A stretch of DNA of 64,000 bases from Candidatus Eiseniibacteriota bacterium (lineage in GTDB: Bacteria > Eisenbacteria > RBG-16-71-46 > CAVPCR01): the NCBI GenBank assembly GCA_963823555.1, contig CAWGMA010000001.1:896001-960000 (forward strand), read 5' to 3'. This document shows, piece by piece, positions 1-10,919 of the stretch; within the stretch, counting starts at the first letter, position 1, and each line of letters begins with the position of its first letter. The notes under the pieces were generated by a model. It was not told the origin of the DNA and ran no database searches. It saw nothing but the letters and a program-made list of their open reading frames with translations. Made by a program: the position numbers and the translations under genes.

Positions 1-423
1 TCGATGGCCGGATCGGCCATGGCTCGGCTGGGAGTGGACCTGGTCGTCGTGGGAGCGGATCGCATCGCGCTGAACGGAGATACCGCCAACAAGATCGGGA
101 CCTATCCGCTCGCGGTACTGGCCCACCGGCACGAGGTGCCCTTCTATGTAGCCGCTCCCACGACCACCATCGATCCCGGGCTGGCGCGGGGGGAGGAGAT
201 CCCGATCGAGGAGCGGGCGGAAGCGGAGGTGACCGGGTTTGCCGGGAAGAGGACGGCGCCCGCGGGGATCCGGGCGTGGAATCCGGCCTTCGATGTGACG
301 AGCCACACCCTGGTCAAGGCCATCGTGACCGAGCAAGGAGTGATCCGACCACCCTATGCCGGAAAGCTGGAAGGCGCCTCCCGACAGCCGGTTACGCGAC
401 GAGAGGGGCCTAGAGGTCCGTGA
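1..423 (+). CDS. mtnA: S-methyl-5-thioribose-1-phosphate isomerase, 3' part (truncated by window start)
   Basis: [35 protein letters not shown] and NPAFDVT motifs of the eIF2B/MtnA family. Confidence 0.92.
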   Translation, partial: SMAGSAMARLGVDLVVVGADRIALNGDTANKIGTYPLAVLAHRHEVPFYVAAPTTTIDPGLARGEEIPIEERAEAEVTGFAGKRTAPAGIRAWNPAFDVTSHTLVKAIVTEQGVIRPPYAGKLEGASRQPVTRREGPRGP

Positions 424-529
424 TCTCCGACCTCAGGCTGGGGGCGGCCGGGCCGCGTTCGTCCGCTGGGCTCCGGCTTTCCGGGGCTCTCCGGCCTTCG
501 GCCCGGGCCACCGGGTGGGAGAATGTCAG

Positions 530-559
530 TTGACACCCATCGGACCCGCCTGCTAAGTT
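530..559 (+). promoter_or_regulatory. sigma70-type promoter of the rplM operon
   Basis: TTGACA (530-535), 18-nt spacer ending in TGc, TAAGTT (554-559), upstream of rplM. Confidence 0.65.
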
Positions 560-693
560 CCTCCCTTTGGCTACTTTGCCCTGTCGCAAGCGCCCTCGGG
601 CCCGGCTCCCTCGTCTGTGAGGCCGATCGGGTCGACGGGGTTGTGCGCCTTGTGCTCGGGGCCGCTCTTCATGCCACGTCAGGAAGCATTCTC

Positions 694-1134
694 ATGAAGA
701 CTTACATTCCGAAGCAAGAGGACATCCGGCGGTCGCGGTCGTGGTTCGTCGTCGATGCCGACGGCATGCCGCTCGGACGCCTCGCCTCGGAGGTCGCGAA
801 GATTCTCAAGGGCAAGCACAAGCCTGCCTACACGCCGCATCTGGACCTCGGTGATCACGTCGTGGTGGTCAACGCGGAGCGTGTTCTGCTCACGGGCCGC
901 AAGGAAGAGCAGATGACCTACTATCGCCATTCGGGGTATCCGGGCGGCCTGCGCGCCACCCCGATCGCGGTTCTTCTGGCCAAGAAGCCCGAGGAAGTGG
1001 TGCGGCTCGCGGTGCGGGGCATGATCTCGAGAAACCGGCTGGGGCGCGCGATGATGAAGAAGCTCAAGGTCTATCGAGGCGCTGAGCATCCGCACGCCCC
1101 GCAGCAGCCGGAGCCGCTCAAGCTCCAGGGATAG
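694..1134 (+). CDS. rplM: 50S ribosomal protein L13
   Basis: MKTY...[32 protein letters not shown]. Start set at ATG 694 after AGGAAG rather than 523. Confidence 0.97.
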   Translation: MKTYIPKQEDIRRSRSWFVVDADGMPLGRLASEVAKILKGKHKPAYTPHLDLGDHVVVVNAERVLLTGRKEEQMTYYRHSGYPGGLRATPIAVLLAKKPEEVVRLAVRGMISRNRLGRAMMKKLKVYRGAEHPHAPQQPEPLKLQG

Positions 1135-1255
1135 GCCTTTTCAACAGTGGGCCGCGCTGCCGCGCCGATCACCGCGGATCACCCGCGGCGTGCGGCTGCT
1201 GGACCCACGAAGACGTGGACCGGGCTGCGGTCAGAGGTCTCTTTAAGGAGAGTCG

Positions 1256-1645
1256 ATGGAGGAGAGGATTCTCGTCACTGGGCGACGCAAGAGCTCGGTG
1301 GCCCGTGTGTTCATGCGCCCTGGCAGCGGCAAGCTGATGGTGAACGGCCGCGAGCTCAAGGCTTATTTCAAGCGTGATGTGCTCGTCATCCAGGCCCTCG
1401 AACCGCTGACCGCCACCGAGACCAGGGATCGTTTCGATGTGGAAGCCATGGTGGTCGGCGGTGGATTGACCGGCCAGGCAGGCGCGCTCCGTCACGGTAT
1501 TGCCCGCGGTTTGACGCGGGCCATCCCCGAACTGCGGCCGAGTCTGCAGAAGGGTGGTTTCCTGACTCGCGACTCGCGGGAGAAGGAGCGCAAGAAGTAC
1601 GGGCAGCCTGGTGCGCGCAAGCGTTTCCAGTTCTCGAAGCGGTAG
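1256..1645 (+). CDS. rpsI: 30S ribosomal protein S9
   Basis: TGRRKSSVARV, GGGLTGQAGA, C-terminal ARKRFQFSKR; AAGGAG RBS. Confidence 0.98.
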   Translation: MEERILVTGRRKSSVARVFMRPGSGKLMVNGRELKAYFKRDVLVIQALEPLTATETRDRFDVEAMVVGGGLTGQAGALRHGIARGLTRAIPELRPSLQKGGFLTRDSREKERKKYGQPGARKRFQFSKR

Positions 1646-1721
1646 TCGCTGCTTTGGCGGCTGACGCGCGGGCTTGCCTCCCGGCGGTCGTGGATGCTCG
1701 GATCTCGATCGCCATCAACAA

Positions 1722-1786
1722 GCACGCCGCCCCCCTTCGGTTGCCGCCCCATCGCGGGACGGCTCGGGCGGCGGAGGACCAAACCG
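1722..1786 (+). promoter_or_regulatory. rpsB leader (S2 autoregulatory / t44-like RNA structure)
   Basis: CGCCGCCC (1725-32) pairs with GGGCGGCG (1766-73) and encloses GGTT plus a GCCG/CGGC and CCC/GGG hairpin; followed by GGAGG...AAACC directly upstream of rpsB. Confidence 0.6.
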
Positions 1787-1802
1787 AATGGCGGAGGAAT
1801 CC

Positions 1803-2591
1803 ATGGAGATCGGTCTGAGGGAACTCCTCGAAGCGGGAGTTCACTTCGGGCACCAGACCCGACGCTGGAACCCGAAGATGAAGCGCTACATTTTCATGGA
1901 GCGCAACGGCATCTACATTCTGGATCTGCAGAAGACCGTGGTTGCACTCGAGGCGGCGCGAAAGGCGGTCGAGACCGTAGCGCGGCGGGGCGGCACGGTG
2001 CTCTTCGTCGGTACCAAGCGCCAGGCCCGCGAGCCGTTGATGAGAGAAGCCGAGCGCTGCGGCATGTTCTATATCACCGAGCGCTGGCTCGGCGGCATGC
2101 TGACCAATTTCAAGACCATTCGTAGCTCGGTCAAGCGCCTGCTCGAGATCGAGACCATGGCTGCCGACGGCAGCTACGATCGCCTTTCGAAGAAGGAAGT
2201 CTCCCGCATCGAGAAGCAGCGTGTGCGTCTCGACAAGGTGTTCTGCGGCATCAAGCAGATGGAAAATGTTCCGGACCTGGTCTTCATCGTCGACACCAAG
2301 CATGAACGAATCGGTGTCAACGAGGCCAATCGCGTCGGGATTCCCATTATCGGCATCGTCGATACGAATTGCGACCCGGATCCGATCGACTACCCGATCC
2401 CGGGCAACGACGATGCTCTGCGCGCGATCGAACTCTACGCGCGCTTTGTTGGCGACGTCATCCTCAAGGTCAAGAGCGAGATGACGGAGGGTGAGGCGGT
2501 GGCACCCAGCGAGGCGGCAGCGGCCGGGGGCGATTCCACGGAGACGGTAGTGACCGCGGAAACGACCGCGTCGTCCGGAGAGACGTCATGA
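1803..2591 (+). CDS. rpsB: 30S ribosomal protein S2
   Basis: LLEAGVHFGHQTRRWNPKM, RWLGGMLTN, IPGNDDA; GGAGG RBS before ATG 1803. Confidence 0.98.
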   Translation: MEIGLRELLEAGVHFGHQTRRWNPKMKRYIFMERNGIYILDLQKTVVALEAARKAVETVARRGGTVLFVGTKRQAREPLMREAERCGMFYITERWLGGMLTNFKTIRSSVKRLLEIETMAADGSYDRLSKKEVSRIEKQRVRLDKVFCGIKQMENVPDLVFIVDTKHERIGVNEANRVGIPIIGIVDTNCDPDPIDYPIPGNDDALRAIELYARFVGDVILKVKSEMTEGEAVAPSEAAAAGGDSTETVVTAETTASSGETS

Positions 2592-2602
2592 GCGGGGGGA
2601 CC

Positions 2603-3208
2603 ATGAGCAGCGAGACGATCAGCGCCACCCGCGTGCGCGAGTTGCGCGAGAAGACCGGCGTCGGGATGATGGACTGCAAGAAGGCACTGGCGGCTTCCGG
2701 CGGCGACATGGAGGCAGCGATCGAGCACCTGCGCAAGCAGGGCGTGGCGTCCGCGGCCAAGCGTTCGGGTCGGGAGACCCGAGAGGGACAGGTCTACGCC
2801 TACATCCATCCCGGCGGTCGCGTCGGCGTCATGATCGAAATCGGCTGCGAAACCGATTTCGTGGCCCGCACCGATGACTTCCAGAACTTCTGCCGGGAGA
2901 TGGCCATGCAGGTGGCGGCGACGGATGCGGTGGCTGTCGATCGCGATGGCCTGGCTGCCCATCGGGTGGAGGAGGAGCTCGCGATCTTCCGGGCCCAGGT
3001 CGAGGCCATGGGCAAGCCGGCTCAAGTCACCGACAAGATCGTCGAAGGCAAAATGGAGAAGTTCTACTCCGATGTCGTCCTCCTCGAGCAGGCCTACATC
3101 CGCGATCCCGAGCGCAAGGTGCGTGACTTGCTGACCGCAACCATCGCCAAGCTCGGCGAGAACATCACGGTGCGCCGCTTCACCAAGTATCGCCTCGGCG
3201 AGGAGTAG
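2603..3208 (+). CDS. tsf: Elongation factor Ts (short, ~200-aa type)
   Basis: [26 protein letters not shown]; alternative start 2588. Confidence 0.96.
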   Translation: MSSETISATRVRELREKTGVGMMDCKKALAASGGDMEAAIEHLRKQGVASAAKRSGRETREGQVYAYIHPGGRVGVMIEIGCETDFVARTDDFQNFCREMAMQVAATDAVAVDRDGLAAHRVEEELAIFRAQVEAMGKPAQVTDKIVEGKMEKFYSDVVLLEQAYIRDPERKVRDLLTATIAKLGENITVRRFTKYRLGEE

Positions 3209-3297
3209 CAGGGACCGCACGGGCGACGCGGGCCCAGGGCGCCGTCTTTCGTCGGGCGCTCAACGATCGGCGCCGGCCGCGCGACTTGGAGGTCGAG

Positions 3298-4020
3298 TTG
3301 GCCAAAGCCCTCTACAAGCGCATCCTGCTCAAGCTCTCCGGCGAAGTCCTGGCCGGCGAGCAGGGATTCGGCATCGAGCCCAACCGGCTGGCCGAGATTG
3401 CCGAGGAAGTGGCCGAGGTGCGCGCCCTCGGCACCGAGATCGGCATCGTGATCGGGGGCGGCAACATCTTCCGCGGTCTCAAGGCCTCGGCGGCCGGCAT
3501 GGACCGCGTCAATGCCGATTACATGGGCATGCTGGCAACCGTGATCAACGGTCTTGCCCTTCAGGATCGGCTCGAGCAGATGGGCGTGTACACTCGCGTC
3601 CAGTCGGCCATCAACATGCAGCAGCTGTGCGAGCCCTTCATCCGACGGCGGGCCATCCGCCATCTCGAGAAGGGTCGGGTCGTGATCATGGCGGGCGGTA
3701 CCGGGAATCCCTATTTCACCACGGACACCGCCGCCGTCCTGCGCGGGATCGAGATCGAGGCCGATGTCATCCTCAAGGCCACCAAGGTCGAGGGGGTCTA
3801 CAGCGCCGATCCGATGCTCGATTCCAGCGCCATGTTCTTCGATCGGCTGAGCTATCTCGATGTCCTGAATCGTGGCCTGCAAGTGATCGACAAGGCGGCC
3901 ATATCCCTCTGCATGGATAACAAACTGCCGATCATCATCTTCAACCTGACGCAGCGTGGCAACATCAAGCGCGTTGTGCTCGGGGAGAAGGTGGGGACCC
4001 TTGTCTCGGTAGGAGCGTGA
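3298..4020 (+). CDS. pyrH: Uridylate kinase
   Basis: [32 protein letters not shown] start after GGAGG (alternative 3286). Confidence 0.97.
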   Translation: MAKALYKRILLKLSGEVLAGEQGFGIEPNRLAEIAEEVAEVRALGTEIGIVIGGGNIFRGLKASAAGMDRVNADYMGMLATVINGLALQDRLEQMGVYTRVQSAINMQQLCEPFIRRRAIRHLEKGRVVIMAGGTGNPYFTTDTAAVLRGIEIEADVILKATKVEGVYSADPMLDSSAMFFDRLSYLDVLNRGLQVIDKAAISLCMDNKLPIIIFNLTQRGNIKRVVLGEKVGTLVSVGA

Positions 4021-4021
4021 C

Positions 4022-4567
4022 GTGGAAAAGAAGGCTGAAGAGAGAATGGAGAAGGCGGTCGAGCATGTCCGGCACGAACTCGCGACCATTCGCACCGGAC
4101 GCGCGTCGCCTGCCCTCCTCGATGGGATCCGGATCGACTACTATGGCAGCCCCACCGCTCTCAATCAGGTCGCAGCCATCACGGTGCCCGAGCCCAGGCT
4201 CCTGGTCGTTCAGCCATACGAGCGCACCATCGTGACCGAGGTGGTGAAGGCGATCCAGAAGGCGGATCTCGGGTTGAATCCCTCGAGCGATGGCACACTG
4301 GTTCGGTTACCGATTCCGCCGCTGAACGAGGAGCGCCGCAAGCAACTGGCCAAGCATGCCTCCAAGCTCACCGAGGACGGCAAGGTGGCCGTCCGCAATA
4401 TCCGGCGTGAAGTCAACGACGAGATCAAGAAGATGCAGCATGACGGTGAGATGAGCGAGGACGAGGCCCATCGCGCCACCGCCGACGTGCAGAGGCACAC
4501 CGATCAGGCGATCAAGCGGCTGGACGAGATCCTGGAGAGGAAACGCCAGGAAATCATGGAGGTCTAG
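4022..4567 (+). CDS. frr: Ribosome recycling factor
   Basis: IRTGRA, DYYGSPT, PPLNEERR, AVRNIRR. Confidence 0.97.
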   Translation: MEKKAEERMEKAVEHVRHELATIRTGRASPALLDGIRIDYYGSPTALNQVAAITVPEPRLLVVQPYERTIVTEVVKAIQKADLGLNPSSDGTLVRLPIPPLNEERRKQLAKHASKLTEDGKVAVRNIRREVNDEIKKMQHDGEMSEDEAHRATADVQRHTDQAIKRLDEILERKRQEIMEV

Positions 4568-4648
4568 CCCTGGTTGTTGTTGTTGGTCCACGCCGCGCGG
4601 CCGTAGTCCGGGCGCGGGGTGGGCGCCGGCGCTAGAAACCGCGCAACC

Positions 4649-5401
4649 ATGCAGGAATCGAAGAGCCAGAAAGAGGCCCCCTCCGCCGCCGCCCTGCCGC
4701 AGAAGGCACCGCGTCATGTGGCCATCATCATGGATGGCAACGGGCGCTGGGCGCAGCAGCGGGGAATGCCGCGTATCTGGGGGCACCAGCAGGGGCGCAA
4801 GTCGGTGCGCGAAGTCGTCGAGACGGCGAGTCGTCTCGGGGTCGAATATCTCACGCTATACACCTTCTCGAGCGAGAACTGGAGCCGCCCGCGCCCCGAA
4901 GTGGAAGCGCTCATGCGCTTCCTCGATAGCACTCTGATCGAGGAGCGGCAGGAGCTCAAGCGCTCGAACGTCAGGCTGCGCACGATCGGCCATGTCGAGG
5001 CGCTCCCCAAGCACGTGCAGCGAGTACTTGCGGAGACCATCGAATTCCTGAAGGACTCGACCGGTCTGACCCTGGTTCTCGCGCTATCCTATGGTGGGCG
5101 CGACGAGATCGTCGATGCTGCAAGGAGCCTTGCCGAGGCCTGCGTTCGTGGGGAGCTCAAGCCGGGTGAGATCGGGCCGGAGGCGTTCGCGGGGTATCTC
5201 GCGACCGCCGGCATCCCCGATCCCGATCTCCTGATCCGAACCAGCGGCGAGATGCGAATCTCCAACTTCCTGCTCTGGCAACTCGCCTATGCCGAGATCT
5301 ACATCACGAAGGTCTTGTGGCCCGATTTCCGGGGCCAGCACCTGATCGAAGCGGTGGAGGAGTACAACCGGCGAGAGCGGCGATTTGGTCGCGTGGAATG
5401 A
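4649..5401 (+). CDS. uppS: Undecaprenyl diphosphate synthase
   Basis: HVAIIMDGNGRWA, FSSENWSRP, IRTSGEMRISNFLLWQ, RRFG. Confidence 0.97.
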   Translation: MQESKSQKEAPSAAALPQKAPRHVAIIMDGNGRWAQQRGMPRIWGHQQGRKSVREVVETASRLGVEYLTLYTFSSENWSRPRPEVEALMRFLDSTLIEERQELKRSNVRLRTIGHVEALPKHVQRVLAETIEFLKDSTGLTLVLALSYGGRDEIVDAARSLAEACVRGELKPGEIGPEAFAGYLATAGIPDPDLLIRTSGEMRISNFLLWQLAYAEIYITKVLWPDFRGQHLIEAVEEYNRRERRFGRVE

Positions 5402-5441
5402 AGCGACCGGGCCCAGCCCGCGGGTGGGCCGGGACTCGCTC

Positions 5442-6260
5442 ATGCTGCGTCTCGTCTCCGGGGCCGTTTTCGTCCCCATCCTGATCGCCCTCTCTCTGGC
5501 TGGGCGGACGGTCTTCCTGGGGTTCGTTCTCCTGTTCGTTCTTCTCGGGCTCCTCGAGTTCTACCGCCTGCTCATGGCGAAGGGAGAGCGGCCGTACCGG
5601 ATCCTGGGCGTGGCGGCCGGGCTCCTGCTCGTCATCTCCGTCTACTTCCGGCTCGGGGTCCATGCCAACCTCCTCTTGACGGTCGTTCTCGTCCTGACCA
5701 TGACCGTCGAGCTATTTCGCGCCGACAACCGGGGGGCGGTCGACGCCATCGGTGGAACCCTGTTCGGGGTCTTCTACGTCGCCTGGCTGGGCAGTCATCT
5801 GGTATCGTTGCGTGAGCTACCGCGAATGGCGGGAATCAGTTACGGGAGCGGAGCCGAGTTCATCCTGTTCCTCTTCCTCTGCACCTGGGGGTGCGATACG
5901 GGGGCCTACCTGACCGGCCGAGCCGCGGGGAAGCATCCCCTCCTGGCGCGGGTAAGTCCCAAGAAGTCGGTCGAGGGGGCGCTCGGCGGGCTGGTCGCCG
6001 GGGGGCTCCTCGGGCTTGCGGCGGGGATGACATTCGCCGACCTGCTGGGGCCCGGCCGGGGTTTCTGGTTTGGGCTCCTGATCGCCGGTAGCGGTCAGGT
6101 GGGGGATCTCGTCGAGTCGCTCCTGAAACGTGATGCGGCCGTCAAGGACTCCGTGGCGGCGATGACGATCCCCGGACATGGCGGGGTTCTGGACCGTTTC
6201 GATTCGATCCTGTTCGCGGCGCCGGTCTTCTACTATGTGCTCCGTGCGATACTGCTTTGA
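5442..6260 (+). CDS. cdsA: Phosphatidate cytidylyltransferase
   Basis: Multiple TM segments, DTGAY, SPKKSVEG, GDLVESLLKR, PGHGGVLDRFDS; start uncertain. Confidence 0.95.
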   Translation: MLRLVSGAVFVPILIALSLAGRTVFLGFVLLFVLLGLLEFYRLLMAKGERPYRILGVAAGLLLVISVYFRLGVHANLLLTVVLVLTMTVELFRADNRGAVDAIGGTLFGVFYVAWLGSHLVSLRELPRMAGISYGSGAEFILFLFLCTWGCDTGAYLTGRAAGKHPLLARVSPKKSVEGALGGLVAGGLLGLAAGMTFADLLGPGRGFWFGLLIAGSGQVGDLVESLLKRDAAVKDSVAAMTIPGHGGVLDRFDSILFAAPVFYYVLRAILL

Positions 6261-6302
6261 GGGGAGTCCGATCTCCACCTGACCGATCATCGAGGAGAAC
6301 GC

Positions 6303-7538
6303 TTGACGCCAACGCAATCAAAGGCCGGGAGGACGGGCGGCGGGTTTGCCCCCCGGCGTGTCGTCGTTCTCGGCTCGACCGGCTCCGTGGGCCGGAATGC
6401 CCTCGAGGTCGCGACCCAATTCCCTGACCGCCTTGAAGTGATCGGCCTCGCCGCCGGGCGCGAGGCGGGTCTCCTGGCCCAACAGGCACAGCGCTTCGGC
6501 GTCCGCCGGGTGGCCGTGGCCGACGGCGACGCGGCCGCGCGTCATGGTCTGGCGGGAGGGGAGCAGGCGATCCTCGATCTCGCGACCCTCGAGGACGCGG
6601 ACATCGTGCTGAATGCGATCGTGGGCGCCGCCGGGCTGCGCGCATCGCTGGCTGCTCTCGAGGCCGGAAAGACCCTGGCGCTGGCCAACAAGGAAAGCCT
6701 GGTGGTTGCCGGTGAGCTCTTGACCGCAGTGGCTGCGCGCCACGGAGCCGAGATCATCCCCATCGATTCCGAGCACAACGCAGCCCTCCAGTGCCTGGCG
6801 CGGACCGAAGCCGACGAAGTGGAGCGATTGATCTTGACCGCTTCCGGCGGACCGTTCCGCACCCGGCCACGGGCCGAGCTCGAGAACGTCGTTCTCGAGG
6901 AGGTGTTGAACCATCCCACCTGGTCGATGGGGCCGCGTATCACGGTCGATTCCGCCACCCTCTTGAACAAGGGCTTCGAGGTGATCGAGGCGAGGTGGTT
7001 GTTCGGGCTCCCACTCGCTCGCGTCCAGGTGCTCATTCACCCGCAGTCCATCATGCATGCCGTACTCGAATTGAACGACGGCTCGGTACTCGCCATGATG
7101 TCCAGTCCGGATATGCGCATTCCGATCCAGTACGCACTCTCGTATCCAGAGCGCTGGCCGGCGGCCTGGAACCCCCTCGATCTCGCTCGTATCGGCACTC
7201 TCAGCTTTGAAGAGCCTGACCGCGAGCGCTTCCCCTGTCTGGACCTGGCCATGGTCGCAGCGGAACAGGGGGGAACCGCGCCCGCCGTGCTCAATGCCGC
7301 CGACGAGGCGCTGGTCCGGGCGCTGTTGGCCGGCCGGCTGCGCTTCATCGATCTGCCGGAGATCCTGGCCGAGATCTTGGCTGAGCACAAACCTAGTCCC
7401 GCAACGGATCTCGATGACATCCTGGCAGCGGACCGCTGGGCGCGCGAAGCGGTCGAGCGGCGGCTCGCCAGCGCGCCGCCAGGTGTACGGGAAGACCCAG
7501 TTTCATTGCCCTCCGAAACGACCGGAGGAGGATCATGA
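6303..7538 (+). CDS. dxr: 1-deoxy-D-xylulose-5-phosphate reductoisomerase
   Basis: LGSTGSVG, LANKESLV, PIDSEH, HPTWSMG, NKGFEVIEA. Confidence 0.97.
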   Translation: MTPTQSKAGRTGGGFAPRRVVVLGSTGSVGRNALEVATQFPDRLEVIGLAAGREAGLLAQQAQRFGVRRVAVADGDAAARHGLAGGEQAILDLATLEDADIVLNAIVGAAGLRASLAALEAGKTLALANKESLVVAGELLTAVAARHGAEIIPIDSEHNAALQCLARTEADEVERLILTASGGPFRTRPRAELENVVLEEVLNHPTWSMGPRITVDSATLLNKGFEVIEARWLFGLPLARVQVLIHPQSIMHAVLELNDGSVLAMMSSPDMRIPIQYALSYPERWPAAWNPLDLARIGTLSFEEPDRERFPCLDLAMVAAEQGGTAPAVLNAADEALVRALLAGRLRFIDLPEILAEILAEHKPSPATDLDDILAADRWAREAVERRLASAPPGVREDPVSLPSETTGGGS

Positions 7539-8875
7539 GTATCGTCTACGGCATTCTCGTTCTCGGGCTCGTGGTCCTGATCCACGAGCTCGGACACTTC
7601 CTCGTTGCCCGCGGCTTCGGCGTTCGCGTGGAGAAGTTCTCGATCGGGTTCGGCCCATCCCTCGTGGCGCGTCGCATCGGTGACACGGTGTATGCGATAT
7701 CGGCCGTGCCGCTCGGCGGCTATGTGAAGATGGCCGGTGAGCACGTGGAAGACGCGGGGAGGGCCGGCGCCGCGGACGAGTTCCTCTCACAGCACTGGGC
7801 CAAGCGTTTCGCCATCGTGGTCGCCGGCCCGATGGCCAACCTCGTGCTCGCCATCGTGGCCAACTGCCTGGTCGGCATCCTCGGCTACCAGCTGTCGACG
7901 CCGCCCAACCTGATCGACACCGCCTCGGGGCCGGCGGCGGCGGCCGGTTTCCTCGCCGGCGATCGCGTGGTCGCGGTCGGCGGAGAGCCGGTCCGATCCT
8001 GGCACGGGTTCCTGGAGGCGCTCGACCGGGTCCCGGAAGATCGCCCGGCCGAGATCGAGGTCGAGCGCTCGACGGGAACGGCCGCGCTCGTCATCCCGGC
8101 GGGCATGAGCGTCGAGGTCGCTGATGCGTTGACGCCATACGCCGAGTCCTTGGTCGGCGATGCCGCGCCCGGCATGCCGGCGGATCAGGCGGGTCTCAAG
8201 GCCGGCGACCGCATCGTGGCCGTGGATGGCACTCCGGTCACCACCTGGGAGGAAATGCGGCAGCTCATCAGCGTTCGACCCGGGGACGAGGTCCATCTCG
8301 ATTTCGAGCGGGATGGTGAGCGCTACTCGGCCAAGGTGCGCACGCTATCGCAGGAGGATCCCGACACCGGGGCGCGCGTCGGGGTCATCGGCATCACGCT
8401 GCCGACGGTCAAGGTCACGCTTCCGCCCGGCGCGGCGGTCACGGCGGGATTCACCCAGACCTGGTACATGGTGGGTATAACCTATCGCGGGTTCTTCGAC
8501 CTTGTCACCGCGCCCAAGGAGGCCATGCACCAGGTGGCCGGTCCGATCACCATCGCCCAGATCGCCGGCGCCTCGGTCGAGCGCGGGGCCGGGCGGGCCG
8601 CTCACCTCATCGCCTTCATCTCGGTCGCGCTCATGGCGCTCAATCTGCTCCCGATTCCGATTCTCGACGGGGGACACGCCTTCCTCTTCTTGATCGAGGG
8701 ATTGCGCGGGAGACGCATATCCGAGAGGAGTCAAATCGCCTTCCAGAAGGTCGGACTCGTGGTGATCGGGAGTCTCTTCATCTTCGCCCTGGTGAACGAC
8801 TCGCTCCGCGCTTTCGATCACTGGCGCGCGCGGAAGGAGCTCAACCAGCAAGCGCCCGCCGAACGATCACCGTGA
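7535..8875 (+). CDS. rseP: RIP metalloprotease RseP with two PDZ domains
   Basis: HELGH, PLGGYVKM, AGPMAN, NLLPIPILDGG; two GDR-containing PDZ repeats. Confidence 0.95.
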   Translation: MSIVYGILVLGLVVLIHELGHFLVARGFGVRVEKFSIGFGPSLVARRIGDTVYAISAVPLGGYVKMAGEHVEDAGRAGAADEFLSQHWAKRFAIVVAGPMANLVLAIVANCLVGILGYQLSTPPNLIDTASGPAAAAGFLAGDRVVAVGGEPVRSWHGFLEALDRVPEDRPAEIEVERSTGTAALVIPAGMSVEVADALTPYAESLVGDAAPGMPADQAGLKAGDRIVAVDGTPVTTWEEMRQLISVRPGDEVHLDFERDGERYSAKVRTLSQEDPDTGARVGVIGITLPTVKVTLPPGAAVTAGFTQTWYMVGITYRGFFDLVTAPKEAMHQVAGPITIAQIAGASVERGAGRAAHLIAFISVALMALNLLPIPILDGGHAFLFLIEGLRGRRISERSQIAFQKVGLVVIGSLFIFALVNDSLRAFDHWRARKELNQQAPAERSP

Positions 8876-10844
8876 CCGGCCGGGATCATGGAGTCCTGAT
8901 CCCCCCCCTGTCGCTGGCCCTGGCCGGGCTGTTCCTGATCGGCTGGGCGCCGCCTGCACGCGGCGCCCGCGCCCTACCTGACGTCGAGAGCATCGAGATC
9001 CTGGGTGCCGAGCATGTCTCGCCCGGACGCGTGCGCGACCTCATGCGCACACGGAGCAAGTCCTTCTGGCGTCCCTTCTCGAAGGCCCCATACCGGCGCG
9101 ACATCCTCCTCGAAGACCTGACCCGCATCGAATCCTACTACCGGAACCAGGGTTATCTGTCGGCTACCACCGAGTTGCTCGCCCCGGAGCCAGGCGTGCC
9201 TGCCGAACGGGTGCACGTCGTGATCAAGGTCACGGAGGGGCCCTTGACCCGGGTTCTGGCTGTCGCCTTCGCCGGGCACCGCGCGGTCAAGCAGGAGGTG
9301 CTGATCAAGGCTGTGCAGACGACTGCCGGGGAGCCGTACTCGGAGAACCGGGTGGCGCTCGATCGGCTGCGGCTGATCGAGCTCTATGCCGACCGCGGCC
9401 GACCTTACACTCTGGTCAGCGACTCCACGGCGATCGACAGTCTCGGAGCGCGGGTCGTCTTCCTCATCGAGGAGGCTCCGGGAACTCGCGTGCGCACCGT
9501 CGACATCGAGGGTGCCACGAGCACCAAGGAATACGTCGTCCGACGCGAGGTCACCCTCGAGCGCGGCGATCTTCTCCGTCGCACCCAGGTGCTGAAGAGC
9601 CGGGAGCAACTGCTCGAGACCGGGCTCTTCCGCGACGCCCGGGTCCAGCCCGCGCTCGTCGACTCGACCCTACCTCCACCGCTCATGGATCTCCATGTGA
9701 GCGTGGTCGAGCGCAAGATGGGCTGGATGCTGGGTGGTATCGGTTACAACTCCTCGAATCAGGTCCGATTCTCGGGCGAAGTGGGCCATCGCAACATGTT
9801 CGGTAATGCGCAGCGCCTGGTGGCTCGGGGGCGTGTCGCCCTCGATGCCGATGCCATCTTCGACGAGAGCTTGCCGTCGGTCGCGCAGAGCGGTGTGGAG
9901 CTCTCGTTCGTGGAGCCGTGGCTGCTCTCGACGCGCACGCTGGGCTCGGCGACCGTCTTCCGCGAGACCTCCCGCCTGCCGACCGTGCAAACCGGTCAGG
10001 GCGGCCCGGTCCGCGGGACGGGCACCGAGGCGGCGAACGGCATCGCCCTGGCCGCCGAGCGCCGGTTCGGCATCCGCAGTCGGCTCCGCTCCACGTTGCA
10101 GCAACGGTGGGTGACACAGGAGTACCAGCTCGAAGGCGGTGCCGACTCCACCCGGAAATTCGTCGCCCGCTCGGTCAACTTCCTCGTCGAGCGCGACCGA
10201 CGGGACAATCCGTTCGACCCCTTGGTCGGTTCTTTCCAGAACGTGTTCACCGAGATCTCGGGGGAGCCCTCGGTGGGACCTCGGACTTCTTCAAGCTGAG
10301 CGTGTCCGCGAGCTGGTACCGTCCGCTGCGCGGCGTGGTCCTGGCCACTCGACTGCGCGGCGGCTGGATCCGTCCGTTCAACGTCTCGCCCGGGGTGACG
10401 CCGCTCTCCATGGTGCCCTTCGAAGATCGTTTCCGCGCCGGAGGCGCGGTCACGGTACGCGGCTATCCCGAGGATTCGCTTGGTCCCCAGATCCTCACCC
10501 CTGGCCAGCAGGCTCCAGCCACGCTGCGCGGCCTCTTCGTGCTCATCGGCAACGTCGAGCTTCGGTTTCCTCTCGCCTGGCGCCTCTCGGGGGCGGTGTT
10601 CCTCGATGGGGGCAACGTCTGGGAGGAAGTCCACGATCTGAGCCTCGATGACTTCTTTCCCGATTTGAACAATGCCAAGATCGAGGATGTCCGCTACACG
10701 ACCGGAGGGGGACTCCGGCTCGGCACGCCGGTGGGCCCGCTCCGGCTCGACTACGGGCATACTCTCGTCCGCGGAGAGCCCGAGCGCGTGGTCGCGGCCA
10801 CGCGTGGCGGGGAATGGCATTTCAGTCTCGGCCAGGCCTTCTAG
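8872..10844 (+). CDS. Omp85-family outer-membrane protein with 3 POTRA domains (TamA-like); one frameshift near 10260-10264
   Basis: ORF 8872-10299 carries a signal peptide, three POTRA-like repeats and the barrel start. ORF 9918-10844 carries GGAVTVRGY, GNVELRFP, TPVGPLRLDYG, HFSLGQAF. One extra G in the G5 run joins them (S-G-G-A-L-G-G). Confidence 0.88.
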
Positions 10845-10919
10845 GCGGGCAGTGGGCAGGACCATGCGGCCACAACGGGATCGAGCGAGCAGGTCGGGCC
10901 AGGGCCGGGAGGCTCTGGC

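Noticed and set aside
523..693. N-terminal extensions given by the ORF track (rplM 523, rpsB 1674, rplU 36229, lptB 43729, IID 49357, HPr 50090, hypothetical 61539)
   Set aside because: They overlap promoters, leaders or upstream genes; homology and RBS placement support the downstream starts
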